A DNA stretch of 64,000 bases from an uncultured Nitrososphaerales archaeon (GCA_963713605.1 CAVQMO010000004.1:1-64000); one strand, 5' to 3'. Counted from the first letter of the stretch, positions 1 through 15,087 are shown. A program made the numbers and translations. The notes: generated by a model from the letters alone, not told the origin.

Positions 1-165
1 GATATCGCTCATTTTATAAAACGAGTAGTGATTGAAAAGGAGGATCCGACTATTGTTGCAAAGGACGTATCCAATTTTAGAAAAGAGTTTCAGAAAGTGC
101 ACTATACATTCGACAATACAACAGGTGCATATGAATATATTAGTCTAGTTAATAGATCTAAATAA
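1..165 (+). CDS. glyA: 3' end of serine hydroxymethyltransferase (partial, runs off window)
   Basis: Frame 1 reads DIAHFIKRVVIEKEDPTIVAKDVSNFRKEFQKVHYTFD...SK*, resembling the archaeal GlyA C-terminus. Confidence 0.7.
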   Translation, partial: DIAHFIKRVVIEKEDPTIVAKDVSNFRKEFQKVHYTFDNTTGAYEYISLVNRSK

Positions 166-209
166 TAACAAAATATTTTCAAATAATCAATCGTCATTAA
201 TTATTTTTA

Positions 210-3776
<3,567 letters not shown>

Positions 3777-3789
3777 TATTGTGTAATTA

Positions 3790-4530
3790 TCATCTCCTTA
3801 TTGAGCGTATAATGGAAGATAGTTTATTCTCCCAATCATTATCTTTCTCTATCATTGTTCCAACAACTATTATATCTGCACCCGCCTTAGCGATTTCCTT
3901 AGCTTTCTCAGGAGTACGAACGCCACCACCGACGATTAAAACACCAGTAAACTGCTTTCGCACTGCTGCAATCATATCTGGAGGAATACTGTTAGCCGCG
4001 CCCGATCCGGCTTCTAGGTATAGAAACCTCATCCCTAAGTACTGCGCTGCCAATGCATACATTACTGCAATTCCTCTCTTATCAAAAGGGATAGACCTAG
4101 CTTGACCAACAAACCATGCAGTTGTATGTTCACCGATGACAAGATATCCTGTAGGTAATGACTCGATGTTATATTTTTTAACTGACAAAGCCCCCAAAGC
4201 CTGCGCCCCAGTAATAAAGTAAGGATTCTCTGAGTTAAGTAGAGAGCTGAAAAGAATTGCATCAGCTTTAGGTACAACTCCAGTTACATTACCCGGAAAT
4301 AGTATTACAGGTATATTGATTTTAGACTTGATAGTAAAGACCGTTTCTGCTAGTTCAATCTGATCTGTCGCTGATGAACCACCGATAAGTATTGCAGATG
4401 CACCTAGACTCTGAGCCTTATTTCCTATGAGTGCTGCATTGGTAGAGTTTTCTGAATCAATGAGTGGAAAGCACAGTGTGCCATACTTCTTTAATTCGTC
4501 TAATATGTAATTCTCGACCCTGTGTTCCAC
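3790..4530 (-). CDS. Geranylgeranylglyceryl phosphate synthase (GGGPS, PcrB family)
   Basis: LIDSE, IGGS, ILFPG, YLEAGSGA and VGGGVR motifs. Confidence 0.93.
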   Translation of the reverse strand: MEHRVENYILDELKKYGTLCFPLIDSENSTNAALIGNKAQSLGASAILIGGSSATDQIELAETVFTIKSKINIPVILFPGNVTGVVPKADAILFSSLLNSENPYFITGAQALGALSVKKYNIESLPTGYLVIGEHTTAWFVGQARSIPFDKRGIAVMYALAAQYLGMRFLYLEAGSGAANSIPPDMIAAVRKQFTGVLIVGGGVRTPEKAKEIAKAGADIIVVGTMIEKDNDWENKLSSIIRSIRR

Positions 4531-4625
4531 ATTCTAACCATTCCTATGCACTATATATCATTGCTTTGATGTCACGGTCAAATCCATAAAGAATATTATT
4601 TAGTTATACCAATTTGTATAGTACA

Positions 4626-5001
4626 TTGGCTACTAATGAAATACAATATAATGATATAATCAAACATATTATTACAAATTCTCTATTTACTGAACGCCAA
4701 ATTTATATACTTTATAATAAATCCTCTAGAAGGAGCCCTCCTGACAGGATAAGTAAAGGTGCATATTATAGACAGACTCAAGCAATCTGAACAAAAAGTC
4801 GCCGGAGTTATTTATAGTCTAATTATTCTAAGATACCTAAACATGATTGATAAAGGGACATTCCATACAATAGAAGTAATATTAGATAACACATCACATC
4901 TTATGGAAAGCATAAAACGTGATATGATATCCCAGAATGATAGTCGTAATGTGATATCACTTGTTGATGAAATAATACAGAAATTAATTCATCAAAAATA
5001 A
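4626..5001 (+). CDS. Conserved-looking hypothetical protein with a frameshift near 4775
   Basis: TTG at 4626 gives LATNEIQYNDIIKHIITNSLFTERQIYIL...SKGAYYRQ, which continues in the listed ORF as LKQSEQKVAGVIYSL. Confidence 0.6.
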
Positions 5002-5033
5002 GAGTTATATCAATGATATATCACATCTAGATT

Positions 5034-5670
5034 GTGATGTTTGACGGCTATGACATGCATACCCTGCTGTTGGTAGTAATTTCCTTTTTTTCTGGAGTTG
5101 CAATAATCCTATCTTACAAAGCTATAAAGTTCTTTAAGCGTGATAACAGTTCCCTAAAAAATGCAATTGTTGATAACAGAATAAGACAATATGCCGACAA
5201 GCTGCCACGTATATGATAAAACGATTGCAGATCTCAAAGCTAAGGTTGACATGTTAGAAATGTCAGAAAGATCACGCTTAATATCACGTGATATTGATAG
5301 TAAAAAGGAAGATTCAGGACGTGATATTGATATGATATCACAAAATGGTGTGATTATAGAAGAATCAAGGAAGAAACCTACACTTACACAAACACATACT
5401 TACTTGGTTACTTTAGAGCAAATATTGTTATTGTTAAGAGAGAAACCAATGACGACGAGGCAAATTCAAGAAAGGGTTAGAAAAACTCGCGAACATACAT
5501 CCCGAATAATGAATGGATTATATCACTCAGGTTTTGTAATGAGGGATACAAGCTCCAAACCATTTAAGTATAGTATTACTGACATAGGATTACGGCATTT
5601 ACGTGATTTGCATAATGATAGTGATTTGAATGTCACATCTAGGACTGAACAGAATCTAGAATCGGTATAG
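5034..5670 (+). CDS. Membrane-anchored winged-helix DNA-binding protein (ORFs 5034-5216 and 5191-5670 probably one gene)
   Basis: N-terminal hydrophobic helix (LLLVVISFFSGVAIILSY), short coiled coil, C-terminal wHTH (ILLLLREKPMTTRQIQERVRKTREHTSRIMNGLYHSGFV...PFKYSITDIG). Confidence 0.65.
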
Positions 5671-5836
5671 ATCTTGTTCTGCGTATTTTGATTTATTATT
5701 TCAGTTGATGTTAACATTACCTTAGATCATCATTAACACGTTTTGCTAGTTGTAAACTGTGTAGGAAAATTATGAGAGGCTGAGATTAAGTCGTTTCTCA
5801 CTGTTTGTTAATAACAAATCACAAAATGTAGTTCAG

Positions 5837-5932
5837 ATTAACTCTCCAGTGGAAATAAAGGGGTCTATTTTAGGACATTAACAATGTTAAAAATGTTATT
5901 AACTCTCCAGTGGAAATAAAGGGGTCTATTTT
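5837..5932 (+). repeat. Two identical 35-bp origin recognition boxes (5837-5871, 5898-5932)
   Basis: ATTAACTCTCCAGTGGAAATAAAGGGGTCTATTTT twice. It contains the archaeal ORB core TCCAGTGGAAA..AAGGGG. Confidence 0.93.
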
Positions 5933-5999
5933 GGCGATATTTCATGCTAATGAAGCATGATTATGAACGAGTGTTAACATCCAATTGAATAATGTATTA

Positions 6000-6182
6000 A
6001 CCCTCACCCCTTGATTTCTTATGCAGTTCATATCTCATTATCTATTATTTTTATTGGTATATAGTTAAGCTAAAAATTAACAATAATTGATTCTCTTGTT
6101 TAAAACCGTTTGTTAAGTTGTTGTTAACACCTATTAGTTTAGTATCCTTCTTATGTTGGAAAGGAAAAACAGGGGTGAGGGT
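6000..6182. repeat. Inverted 12-bp pair ACCCTCACCCCT (6000-6011) / AGGGGTGAGGGT (6171-6182), degenerate ORB-like sites flanking an AT-rich stretch
   Basis: Exact reverse complements. Each is preceded on its own strand by GAAA(N)xAGGGG as in ORBs. Confidence 0.7.
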
Positions 6183-6215
6183 ATATTTACATGGTAGTGG
6201 GAATGATAAGTAAAT

Positions 6216-7442
6216 TTGAATGATGATAGTCTTGATAGTATATTTGATAAAGCTGCTTCAGGGACGTCGCTAGTTGTCAAAGATAGAAGAACGTTAACTA
6301 TAGACTATGTACCTGACCGACTTCCATTTAGAGATGAAGAAAGTAGGACTATCGCACATACTTTATCTATCGTTTTAAAGGGATCCAGACCATCTAATTT
6401 ATTACTTTTTGGGAAACCGGGAACAGGAAAAACTGCCGTGGTTAAGAATGTCTTACATCGACTTTCTGTTAAGGGCGAGGAATTAGGAATGGAATTAACA
6501 GTGCCATTTGTAAACGCAAAGAGTGCTAATACGGCATACAAGGTCTTACATGAAATTGCTGAAAAAATGGGCATTAATAAAGGAGAGAAAAAATTACAGG
6601 TCCATTTTACAGGCTTATCAATGGGTGAGGCGACCGATAGAATATTAGAATTTATTCAAAGGAGGAAAAAACTTTATGTGATTCTTGTTATAGATGAAAT
6701 TGATTCACTGGTGGAAAAGAATGGGGATGATATACTCTATAATTTCACTAGGGCTAACGAGAGAATATCAACTGAATCATTTATTAGCCTAATAGGAATA
6801 TCTAATAGTCTAACATTTAAGGATAAACTTGATCCTAGAGTTAGGAGTAGTCTCAGTGAAGAAGAGTTGGTGTTCAATCCGTATACTGTAGAACAACTGC
6901 GAAGAATTCTTGCAGAAAGGACAATGTTAGCATTTAATGAAGACGCAGTTTCAAGTGCGGCTATTAATCTTTGTGCAGCTATGGCTGGTAGAGAGCATGG
7001 AGATGCTAGAAAGGCGATCGACCTTTTAAGAGTAGCAGCTGAAATTGCAGAAATAGAAAGAGCAAATAAAGTTGAAGAAAAGCATATTAGGTTAGCACAA
7101 GAAAAAATTGAAAAGGATACAAATTATGAAGTTTTGAGAAATTCAACAACACATACTAAAATCATAATGTTAGCAGTATTGAAATCAAGAAACGGTAACA
7201 CTGGGGAAGTATATGAAATATACTCAGATATATGTAGACGTATTGAGCAAGAACCATTAACCCAACGTCGAATAACCCAAATAATGAGTGAGTTAGATCA
7301 ATTAGGACTAATAACTAGTGATGTAATAAGTCAAGGAAGATATGGTAGATCACAAAAAATTAGAATCACCGTGCCGCATTCAACTGTAAAGGAAGCCTTG
7401 AAAGAGGATTCTATTCTCACAGGGTTACTTTCTATTGATTAA
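6216..7442 (+). CDS. cdc6: Orc1/Cdc6 replication initiator
   Basis: Walker A GKPGTGKT, Walker B VIDEID, GDARKAIDLL, C-terminal wHTH ending in GRYGRS. Confidence 0.97.
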   Translation: MNDDSLDSIFDKAASGTSLVVKDRRTLTIDYVPDRLPFRDEESRTIAHTLSIVLKGSRPSNLLLFGKPGTGKTAVVKNVLHRLSVKGEELGMELTVPFVNAKSANTAYKVLHEIAEKMGINKGEKKLQVHFTGLSMGEATDRILEFIQRRKKLYVILVIDEIDSLVEKNGDDILYNFTRANERISTESFISLIGISNSLTFKDKLDPRVRSSLSEEELVFNPYTVEQLRRILAERTMLAFNEDAVSSAAINLCAAMAGREHGDARKAIDLLRVAAEIAEIERANKVEEKHIRLAQEKIEKDTNYEVLRNSTTHTKIIMLAVLKSRNGNTGEVYEIYSDICRRIEQEPLTQRRITQIMSELDQLGLITSDVISQGRYGRSQKIRITVPHSTVKEALKEDSILTGLLSID

Positions 7443-9028
7443 AGTCCATTATAAATGGTTGAAGTGTAGACAGATCAACTATAACTGCAACTCCAGGATT
7501 AGGTACGATGCCCATCGTTCTTTGAAAGTTTGTCTGTCCCTGCCAAGTTCCAGAATTTACTATTAATGTTCCACGGTAATTTTGAGCATCCAAAACATGT
7601 ATATGTCCTGAATGAAATATGTCTGGAACTTCAGTAATTACCATATGGTCTTCTTGTTCGGGCGCTATAGGAGTACGTTCTCCGTAAATAGGAGAAAGAT
7701 GCCTTGCCCTCAATAATACTTTCATTGCTTCCGCAGGCTTAGCATAACTTAGATCAGGGATCGTACCTATGATGTCATCTAGACTCTGTCCGTGGTACAT
7801 TAGTATCTTTACACCATTCAATTCGATCAAACTGGGATTTCCAAGCATCTTGAAATTTTGAAGTGTGTAAAGTTTTTCAGAGTTTTGCCTGGGAATGGAA
7901 GGTTGTGGCAGTGCTCTTCGACCCGGATCATGATTTCCAGGAATAACAAAAACATTAATGTGCTTAGGTATACGTGAGAGTAGGTCCATTACATGTGACA
8001 TCTGACTATTAATATTTAATTCAAGTAATTCTTTGTCTTGATTAGGGAATATTCCTACGCCATCGATTAAATCACCACCAATACATAGAAATTTGATCTT
8101 CCTTACAATTTCATCGTCAGCTGCTGACATCCAATTCAAAAATTTCATAAATGTGGTTTCCATGAAATATTTACTTCCTACATGTAAGTCTGAGATTAAT
8201 ACCACGTAGGATTCAGATTTGGCTCTGTTTGGTAAATGATCTGGAATGTCAGGCGATATTATATTTTTTATAACGAAACTTTGGCTTTTTCCACCGTTCT
8301 CTAATTCTAACATAACCATTTGATCTGTGGTAATCAACGATCCCTGTTTTTTTATATCCTCAGTCGTACCACTCGCATGTAAGTCTCCACTAAAATCATC
8401 TATCACTATTTCTAATCCATGACGCTTGAACTGTCTCGACATAACCAAGCCAGCTATAACCATTGTTGGGGATAATCCCGAAATTTGCTCATATCGCATG
8501 TATGGTTTCTGATTCTGATTTGCAGTATCTGTATTCTTTTTCTTCAGAGTTTTTACTCTCGTGATTCGTCTACTATCAGGACGTAAGGACAAGATGTGCA
8601 TAGATTTTTCATATCTGCTTCTAAATAACGATGTATACCCTTCAACTCCTTCTCCACTATTAATTATGGGAGTTGGATCTAAGAGTTACTTTGTATGATA
8701 CTGGTTCTGATGTGTCACTATTGTGTAGATGTAATAAATCTAATGATGATGATGATGATGATGATGAAGACTTACCACAAGAACTGTTTTGATTATGAGC
8801 TTCTCCATTTTTAGAATGTTTATCAACGACTATTTTTATATCTTCTACCAGAATTATAGAATTATCTTTGCTAGTTACCTTGGCTTTAATAATGTCTTGA
8901 ATGATCCTTAAAATATCTATATCAAGCCCTTTGAGCATTTCAAAAGCGTCAGGATGTATCTGGTATCCTTTACTAATTGCAAAACATAGGGCATTGGATA
9001 TTTCTGTTCCGAAATCCAAATTGTCCAC
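7432..9028 (-). CDS. polB: DNA polymerase D small subunit (DP1), frameshift near 8660
   Basis: Calcineurin-like motifs SDLHVGS, GGDLIDG, PGNHD, YHG and HSGHIH. The N-terminal part (GYQIHPDAF) lies in ORF 8660-9130. The start at GTG 9028 is estimated. Confidence 0.92.
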
Positions 9029-9124
9029 CTTCACTATGAAAGCGTCATATTTAATTACATTTCTGTAACAAACGAATGAATAATAACTACAAATAATTAT
9101 AGGAGCAAATACCCATACACTGAA

Positions 9125-9667
9125 TTGCATCTCGCCATCAAGAGACGTTTACTGTATCTTGCATTTGGCATAATCACTTTTCTTATCTCGTATTATTGGG
9201 GTTCATCAATATATATGAGCAGCTCAGAAGTAAATGAGCTAAAAAACCGGTTCATGGATCAAATTGAAGATATTGATCAGGCAGGGATATTCATTAATAA
9301 TGCAAAGATTGCATTAGGCATGTTTGTTCCATTACTAGGTGTAGGTCTAGGTATTTTTTCTGGTTTTTCAACAGGTATGGTATTTAATGCAATAGCAGCA
9401 ACATCTGCTAACCTTAATGATATCTCACCTTTACTGATTCTTATTACTCCGTTCGGATTAATGGAAATTGTTGCCTATGGTCTTGCAATATCCAGAAGCG
9501 GTATGCTCTTCTATTACTTATTGAAGAGAAAGTATTGGAGGGAATATCTTCTGTCTACTTTAGTAGAGATAGGAATTGTAGTAATCTTACTCTTAAGCGG
9601 GGCAATAATAGAATGGGAAATGATCAGTAGATTGAATGGATTATCCGATACTAAAATTAGCATTTAA
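9125..9667 (+). CDS. SpoIIM/DUF95-family membrane protein
   Basis: IFINN motif, PFGLMEIVAY and GAIIE, with several transmembrane segments. Confidence 0.8.
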   Translation: MHLAIKRRLLYLAFGIITFLISYYWGSSIYMSSSEVNELKNRFMDQIEDIDQAGIFINNAKIALGMFVPLLGVGLGIFSGFSTGMVFNAIAATSANLNDISPLLILITPFGLMEIVAYGLAISRSGMLFYYLLKRKYWREYLLSTLVEIGIVVILLLSGAIIEWEMISRLNGLSDTKISI

Positions 9668-9674
9668 CTGTTTG

Positions 9675-9863
9675 TCACCTATCTGTTAAACAAAAATTAT
9701 AGGTAAATTTAAAATTAAAATTAAAATTAAAATTAAATCTGACTTTCTTCACAGGCAGGGCAAATTCGCAACTTTTTGGACATTTTCGCTCACACTCTAC
9801 ACAATATTTTATTACTTCATGTGTTTCGGAATTGATGCCAACAGATTTATTTTCCACTGACAT
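9675..9863 (-). CDS. Possible small Cys-rich protein
   Basis: CVECERKCPKSC cluster. The 3' end runs into a (TTAAAA)n repeat. Confidence 0.35.
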   Translation of the reverse strand: MSVENKSVGINSETHEVIKYCVECERKCPKSCEFALPVKKVRFNFNFNFNFKFTYNFCLTDR

Positions 9864-9953
9864 GAATGTGATAAACTTCGAGTCTAAATTATATTTAAAT
9901 CCATCTTGTAATAATTTTTATTCCGGGGAAAATAATTCTACTAACAGAATAGT

Positions 9954-10700
9954 ATGCTTAATTTAAAGATTCACAAGATTCCCACTTTTGTCTCACAACC
10001 AACTATGATTGCCGCTTTACCTGATATGGGTAATGTTGCAGGCATGGGAATGACTCTTTTGACTACGAGACTCTCAGCTGACCTCTTCGCCGAAATTTAT
10101 GCATTTTGGCCACCTTTTATAACATATAATCAAGGTATCATCAGGTATGTTCAGTCAAGTTATAAATTTTATTGGGTTTCTAAATACGATCTTGTAATAT
10201 TTACAGGAGATTTTAATCCTTCTGATCCACGAAGACTGTACGAAATATGCTATGAAGTTCTGAAAATGGCTGACAGAGTTGATGCAAAAATGCTGTACTC
10301 GATAGGCGCAGCCTTGAGACAAAATACTTCCACCTCTACTTCAGGTGGAGTGTATGGCGCGGTAAATAATGAACAGATTGTTGATAAGATAAGTAAATTC
10401 AATATGAACGTCTTAGAGGGAGAAGGACAGATTATAGGATTTAATGGCCTAATATTAGGACTTGCAAAGGAAAGAGGATTGAATGCGATGTGCATTCTGG
10501 GCGAAATTGATAATCCTAATGTTATCCAACCTATGACTGCTAAGGCTATTCTACATACATTAACAAAGATTCTAGGAATCCCTTCTTTGGATATGAAAGA
10601 ATTAGAAGAGGAAGAAAAGCGCAAAAAGTTTATGGAACAGCAAATGAATTATCTAGAAAATGTGATGGAACATGGGGGCAAACCCCCTGGGATAGCGTAG
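9954..10700 (+). CDS. PAC2-family proteasome assembly chaperone
   Basis: ALPDMGNVA, FTGDFNP and GFNGLILG pattern with typical length. Confidence 0.85.
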   Translation: MLNLKIHKIPTFVSQPTMIAALPDMGNVAGMGMTLLTTRLSADLFAEIYAFWPPFITYNQGIIRYVQSSYKFYWVSKYDLVIFTGDFNPSDPRRLYEICYEVLKMADRVDAKMLYSIGAALRQNTSTSTSGGVYGAVNNEQIVDKISKFNMNVLEGEGQIIGFNGLILGLAKERGLNAMCILGEIDNPNVIQPMTAKAILHTLTKILGIPSLDMKELEEEEKRKKFMEQQMNYLENVMEHGGKPPGIA

Positions 10701-10822
10701 ACTGGTATAGAAGTTGCGTAAGCCAGCAAAAGTTTTTGAATCTGATTACGATGAAATCTTTTGCCAAATAATTCAACAATTTTGACAACATTGCCATTAT
10801 ATGAGCTTAATAAAGCGTTTGC

Positions 10823-11650
10823 ATGAGTGAAGTAAAGTTAGAGTTTATTGGTAAACAGGTTAAGGATATGTACGGAACCCACATGGGAAAAGTTATTGGT
10901 ATGGTAACAGATATTGATGGGTCTATAGAATCCGTTAGTGTAGATTGCGGTTATGCAGGATTAAAGCAATTAGTGTACGAGCAATTATTAGTACAGGGTG
11001 ATTATGTAATCTTTATTCCAAAATGGAGATTGGATGTACAGAAGTTACTTAGACAGAAAAACCTTGCATTACAAAGGATCAAAGCATTACAGGAGATGGT
11101 TACAGCTAATGATTTGATGAAGGAGGACGTTGAATTGGTCTATATAAAGTACCAGAAGAGATTGCAAGACCTTGAGGATAAAGGAAAAATAGTTTTGGAA
11201 CAACTGCAAGAAAGACTAAACCAGATAGATACGGAAAGCCAGAATATAAAATCGGTACTGTTTGACGCCAAGTTACAGTATAGAAGCAATGAGATCACCG
11301 AAGAAACATATCAACAAATTAGTCTGTCTACAAATGACCTAATAGAACATATTAACTTAGAAAAAGGAGAGATCAATAACGTCATATCTAGGTTAAGTCA
11401 ACAGGCATTTGAGAGGATAGATTTGAATTCAGTACAAAATTCTTCCATATCGGATCAACCAAAATCTAACTCGAGCCTTGAATCAAATTCGCAATCCCCT
11501 GAAAGTGACATTCCTGTTACAGGGCCTCAAGCTGTTAGTGTAGCAGCAGACAATGATTATAATAATAATGATCATCCTAAGACTATTCGCAAGGAAACTG
11601 ATGATGAGGCTGAAACTAATTGGCTTAACCAGGTTCTACAACATGATTAA
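10823..11650 (+). CDS. cdvA: Cell division protein CdvA
   Basis: N-terminal PRC barrel (FIGKQVKDMYGTHMGKVIG), PKWRLD, long coiled coil and low-complexity tail. Confidence 0.85.
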   Translation: MSEVKLEFIGKQVKDMYGTHMGKVIGMVTDIDGSIESVSVDCGYAGLKQLVYEQLLVQGDYVIFIPKWRLDVQKLLRQKNLALQRIKALQEMVTANDLMKEDVELVYIKYQKRLQDLEDKGKIVLEQLQERLNQIDTESQNIKSVLFDAKLQYRSNEITEETYQQISLSTNDLIEHINLEKGEINNVISRLSQQAFERIDLNSVQNSSISDQPKSNSSLESNSQSPESDIPVTGPQAVSVAADNDYNNNDHPKTIRKETDDEAETNWLNQVLQHD

Positions 11651-11724
11651 ATTAAGTTTTATTAACAAACCAACAAATATAAAATAATTTGAATATAAAA
11701 AAAGGACTTGTAAAAAAATTTATT

Positions 11725-11991
11725 TTAGGCTCCGCCTTGTTTTGCAGATGTTTGTAAAAGCTCGCCTATTTCATTATGCATTCTTAGAAAATTCAGACCC
11801 TTCTCAGTTGTCTTGTATGTTTGAGAACCCTCCAGATACTCTAATAAATTGTTCTCGATGAGTACCGAAAGATATTCTCTTAACTGTGCGTAGCTAAGGA
11901 AAGCCTTATACATTATTTTTGTCTTGGTTGCTCCTCCATTTGCAGCCTCTAGGATCATTGCCACTATTTCTGTTCTGCTTCTGTATTTCAC
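11725..11991 (-). CDS. Small winged-helix regulator (HTH_45/DUF4364-like)
   Basis: YRSRTEIVAMILE...TKTKIMYKAFLSYAQLREYL...YKTTEKG. Confidence 0.85.
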   Translation of the reverse strand: MKYRSRTEIVAMILEAANGGATKTKIMYKAFLSYAQLREYLSVLIENNLLEYLEGSQTYKTTEKGLNFLRMHNEIGELLQTSAKQGGA

Positions 11992-12160
11992 AATTTAGAT
12001 ACACTGAATTTCTTTATTTTAATATATTGACACATTCTACAGTAAGAAAGTTCTATATCGATATTATACCTTATAGTATGATTTTTGGCATTTGACATAT
12101 TCAAATATACTAACTTCTCCATAAGGTTTTAAAATTATTCGGATCTTCTAAAATAATATA

Positions 12161-14127
12161 ATGTCTGACCTCAAATCTAATGAGGTGTCAAAGATGTACG
12201 AAGATGTCAAGCGGGATAAAATATCTCTTCAAGGTAAGAGATACGATATATTAAGAAAGAATGCGGTGGAAGATCCAGAACAGTTCTGGGAACAGCAAGC
12301 AAAAAATTTGGTATGGTTCAAGTCCTGGGATAGAACATTAACTTGGGATCCCCCTTTTGCAAAATGGTTTGCCGGAGGTTCACTGAATGCTTCCGTAAAT
12401 TGTATTGATAGACATGTGGACTCACAATTCAAGAATAAGGCAGCAATTATTTGGCAAGGAGAAAATGAGGAAACGAGGACGATTACTTACTACCAATTGT
12501 TCAAACATGTCAATATATTTGCTAATGCCCTAAAAAGTCTTGGAGTAAAAAAAGGTGATCGTGTTATTATTTACCTCCCAATGGTTCCGGAAGTTACAAT
12601 TGCAATGCTGGCATGTGCAAGAATTGGCGCTACACATATCGTTGTTTTTTCTGGTTTCAGTGCCAAGGCTTTAGCTGATAGGGCTAACGATTCCGAATCT
12701 AAAATTATAATAACTGCTGATGGAGGCTATCGTAGAGGTAAGATCATAGAATTAAAAAAGATCGTCGATGAAGCTGCCTTGTCAATCCCTTTGCTAGAAA
12801 AGGTCATTGTGTTAAAAAGAGCCTCTAATGATATTAAAATGACTAATATGGATGTATGGTGGCATGAGATTGTTCAGAATGAGCAACAACAATATTGTAA
12901 ACCCGAGATTCTATCTAGTATTCATCCATTGTTTATTTTATACACGTCAGGAACTACTGGAAAACCAAAAGGTGTCTTGCACAGTACCTGGTGGCTACCT
13001 TACACATTTATATGCTACCGCGAAATTGGTCTTTGATTTTAGATCAACAGACATATTCTTTTGTACTGCTGACGTTGGATGGATTACAGGGCACAGCTAT
13101 GTCGTGTATGGTCCTCTTATGCATGGTATAACCGAAATAATGTATGAAGGAACACCCGATTATCCTACAACTGATAGATATTGGGCAATAGTTGAAAAGC
13201 ATGGAGCAACAATATTGTATACTACTCCTACTGCTTTACGTATGTACATAAAGTTTGGAGATAATATACCCAAGTCATTTGATTTGTCATCTCTTCGTTT
13301 ATTGGGAACTGTAGGCGAACCTATTAATCCTGATGTGTGGCAATGGTATTTTAAGACTATAGGAAAAGAAAATTGTCCTATCGTCGATACATGGTGGCAG
13401 ACTGAGACAGGTGGCATTATGCTAAGTACATGTACCTGGAATAGATGATACTATTCCAATGAAACCTGGTTCTGCATCGTTCCCCGTACCTGGAATAGAT
13501 ATGGCTATTGTAGATGAAAATGGAGAAGCTGTTGATGCTAACCAGAAAGGATATTTGATGATCAAGAAACCATGGCCTGGAATGCTGATGACTCTTTGGA
13601 GGAACGATAAAACCTATCAGGATTTGTACTGGAATAAGTTTAAGGGCATGTACTATACAGGCGATTATGCATTAATGGATGAAGATGGTTATTTTTGGCT
13701 TTTAGGCAGGTCGGATGATGTGCTTAAAGTTGCAGGTCACAGACTGAGTACAATGGAGCTAGAAAGTACGTTTGTTTCACATAAAGCTGTTGCTGAAGCT
13801 GCCGTAACAGGAAGGTTGGACCAAAAGAAAGGCGAATCCATAATTGCATTTTTAGTATTGCGTAGTGGACATCTACCTACAGAAGAACTACGCAAAGTAC
13901 TTACTGATCATGTAAGAAAAACCATAGGGCCTATTGCGGTGCCAGAAGGGATCTATTTTGTAAGTAAACTTCCTAAAACAAGAAGCGGAAAAATAATGCG
14001 AAGACTACTTAAATCGATAGCAAATAGAGAAGATTCGATAGGTGATCTAACAACACTAGAGGATAATACATCGGTTGAAGAAGTCAAGCGTGTATTCAAT
14101 GAGTTAAAAAAGGAAATAGTAGAGTAG
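12161..14127 (+). CDS. acsA: AMP-forming acyl-CoA synthetase (acetate-CoA ligase family), two frameshifts
   Basis: [35 protein letters not shown] and [12 protein letters not shown] motifs in three consecutive ORFs. Confidence 0.9.
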
Positions 14128-14423
14128 CTTATAGCTTATAGCTTATTCAGGCAAAATAGGATAATAATTAGATTAATGATTAATCTTCATTCAAGAATAA
14201 AAATGAAGAGGCACGACAACTAGAATAGGCACTTTATTGATATTACCAAAATGTATGCTGACGTGATCTCTAAATAAATCATTATAATCTCATGCCTATG
14301 TAATAGAAAGAGTTATAATACAAACCACCACCTGAAATGGCCTCTCTTAACGTAGAGAAGTAATATGATATTCTACATCCAGACCTATAAAATAGTTATA
14401 AATTATAGTGTTCAATTTCATTT

Positions 14424-14915
14424 ATGTCTTCTAAAGATCTGAAGAAATTGATGGCTACAATGGCGATGTCGAAAGAAGAAATAGAAACATTTCTTTCTAT
14501 TCCTAGAATGGCAAGGATGGCAACAATTAGTAACGGAAAGCCGCACATAGTTCCTGTATGGTATTACTACGATGGAACAAATATCATCGTAACGGTTCCT
14601 AAGGAAACAAAAAAGGCCAAGAACGTGAAAAATAATCCCAACGTGTCTATTGCAATTGATATAGTTGAAGGCAAGCCTGAAGATATCTCATACCTTAATG
14701 ATGCAAAAGCTGTAATAATAGAAGGAGAGGCAGAGATGAAAGATGATACAAACGGTTCATTTGCACGAAAGATGTATGAAAGATATGCTGGTAAGGAAGC
14801 GCTCAACAATCCAATGGTTCAATATAGCATAGATATGCCTAGATACATATTGGTTATAAAACCAGTCAAGGTTATGTCCTGGGATCTTTCCAAGATCCCT
14901 AAAAAGAGTGTTTAA
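14424..14915 (+). CDS. Pyridoxamine 5'-phosphate oxidase-like (F420/FMN-binding split barrel) protein
   Basis: ARMATISNGKPHIVPVWY...KAKNVKNNPNVSIAID...SWD. Confidence 0.85.
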   Translation: MSSKDLKKLMATMAMSKEEIETFLSIPRMARMATISNGKPHIVPVWYYYDGTNIIVTVPKETKKAKNVKNNPNVSIAIDIVEGKPEDISYLNDAKAVIIEGEAEMKDDTNGSFARKMYERYAGKEALNNPMVQYSIDMPRYILVIKPVKVMSWDLSKIPKKSV

Positions 14916-15087
14916 ACACTCAGAACTAATGATGTCACCAGTAGGCACACCAAAAATCATACTTCTCAGAGTTATGATATAGATAATGTATCGTTATTTA
15001 AATCGATTTAAAGTTAAACACAAATTTAAAGGATGAAAAAATGGGTAATAGGTCTGAACCAAATCTAGATAATCTCTTTGTGTGAAC

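Larger units (their letters stand above)
5700..6215. promoter_or_regulatory. Chromosomal replication origin (oriC) upstream of cdc6
   Basis: Non-coding AT-rich region with two identical ORB-containing repeats and two degenerate ORB-like G-string sites, directly 5' of cdc6 and between the polD genes. Confidence 0.9.
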
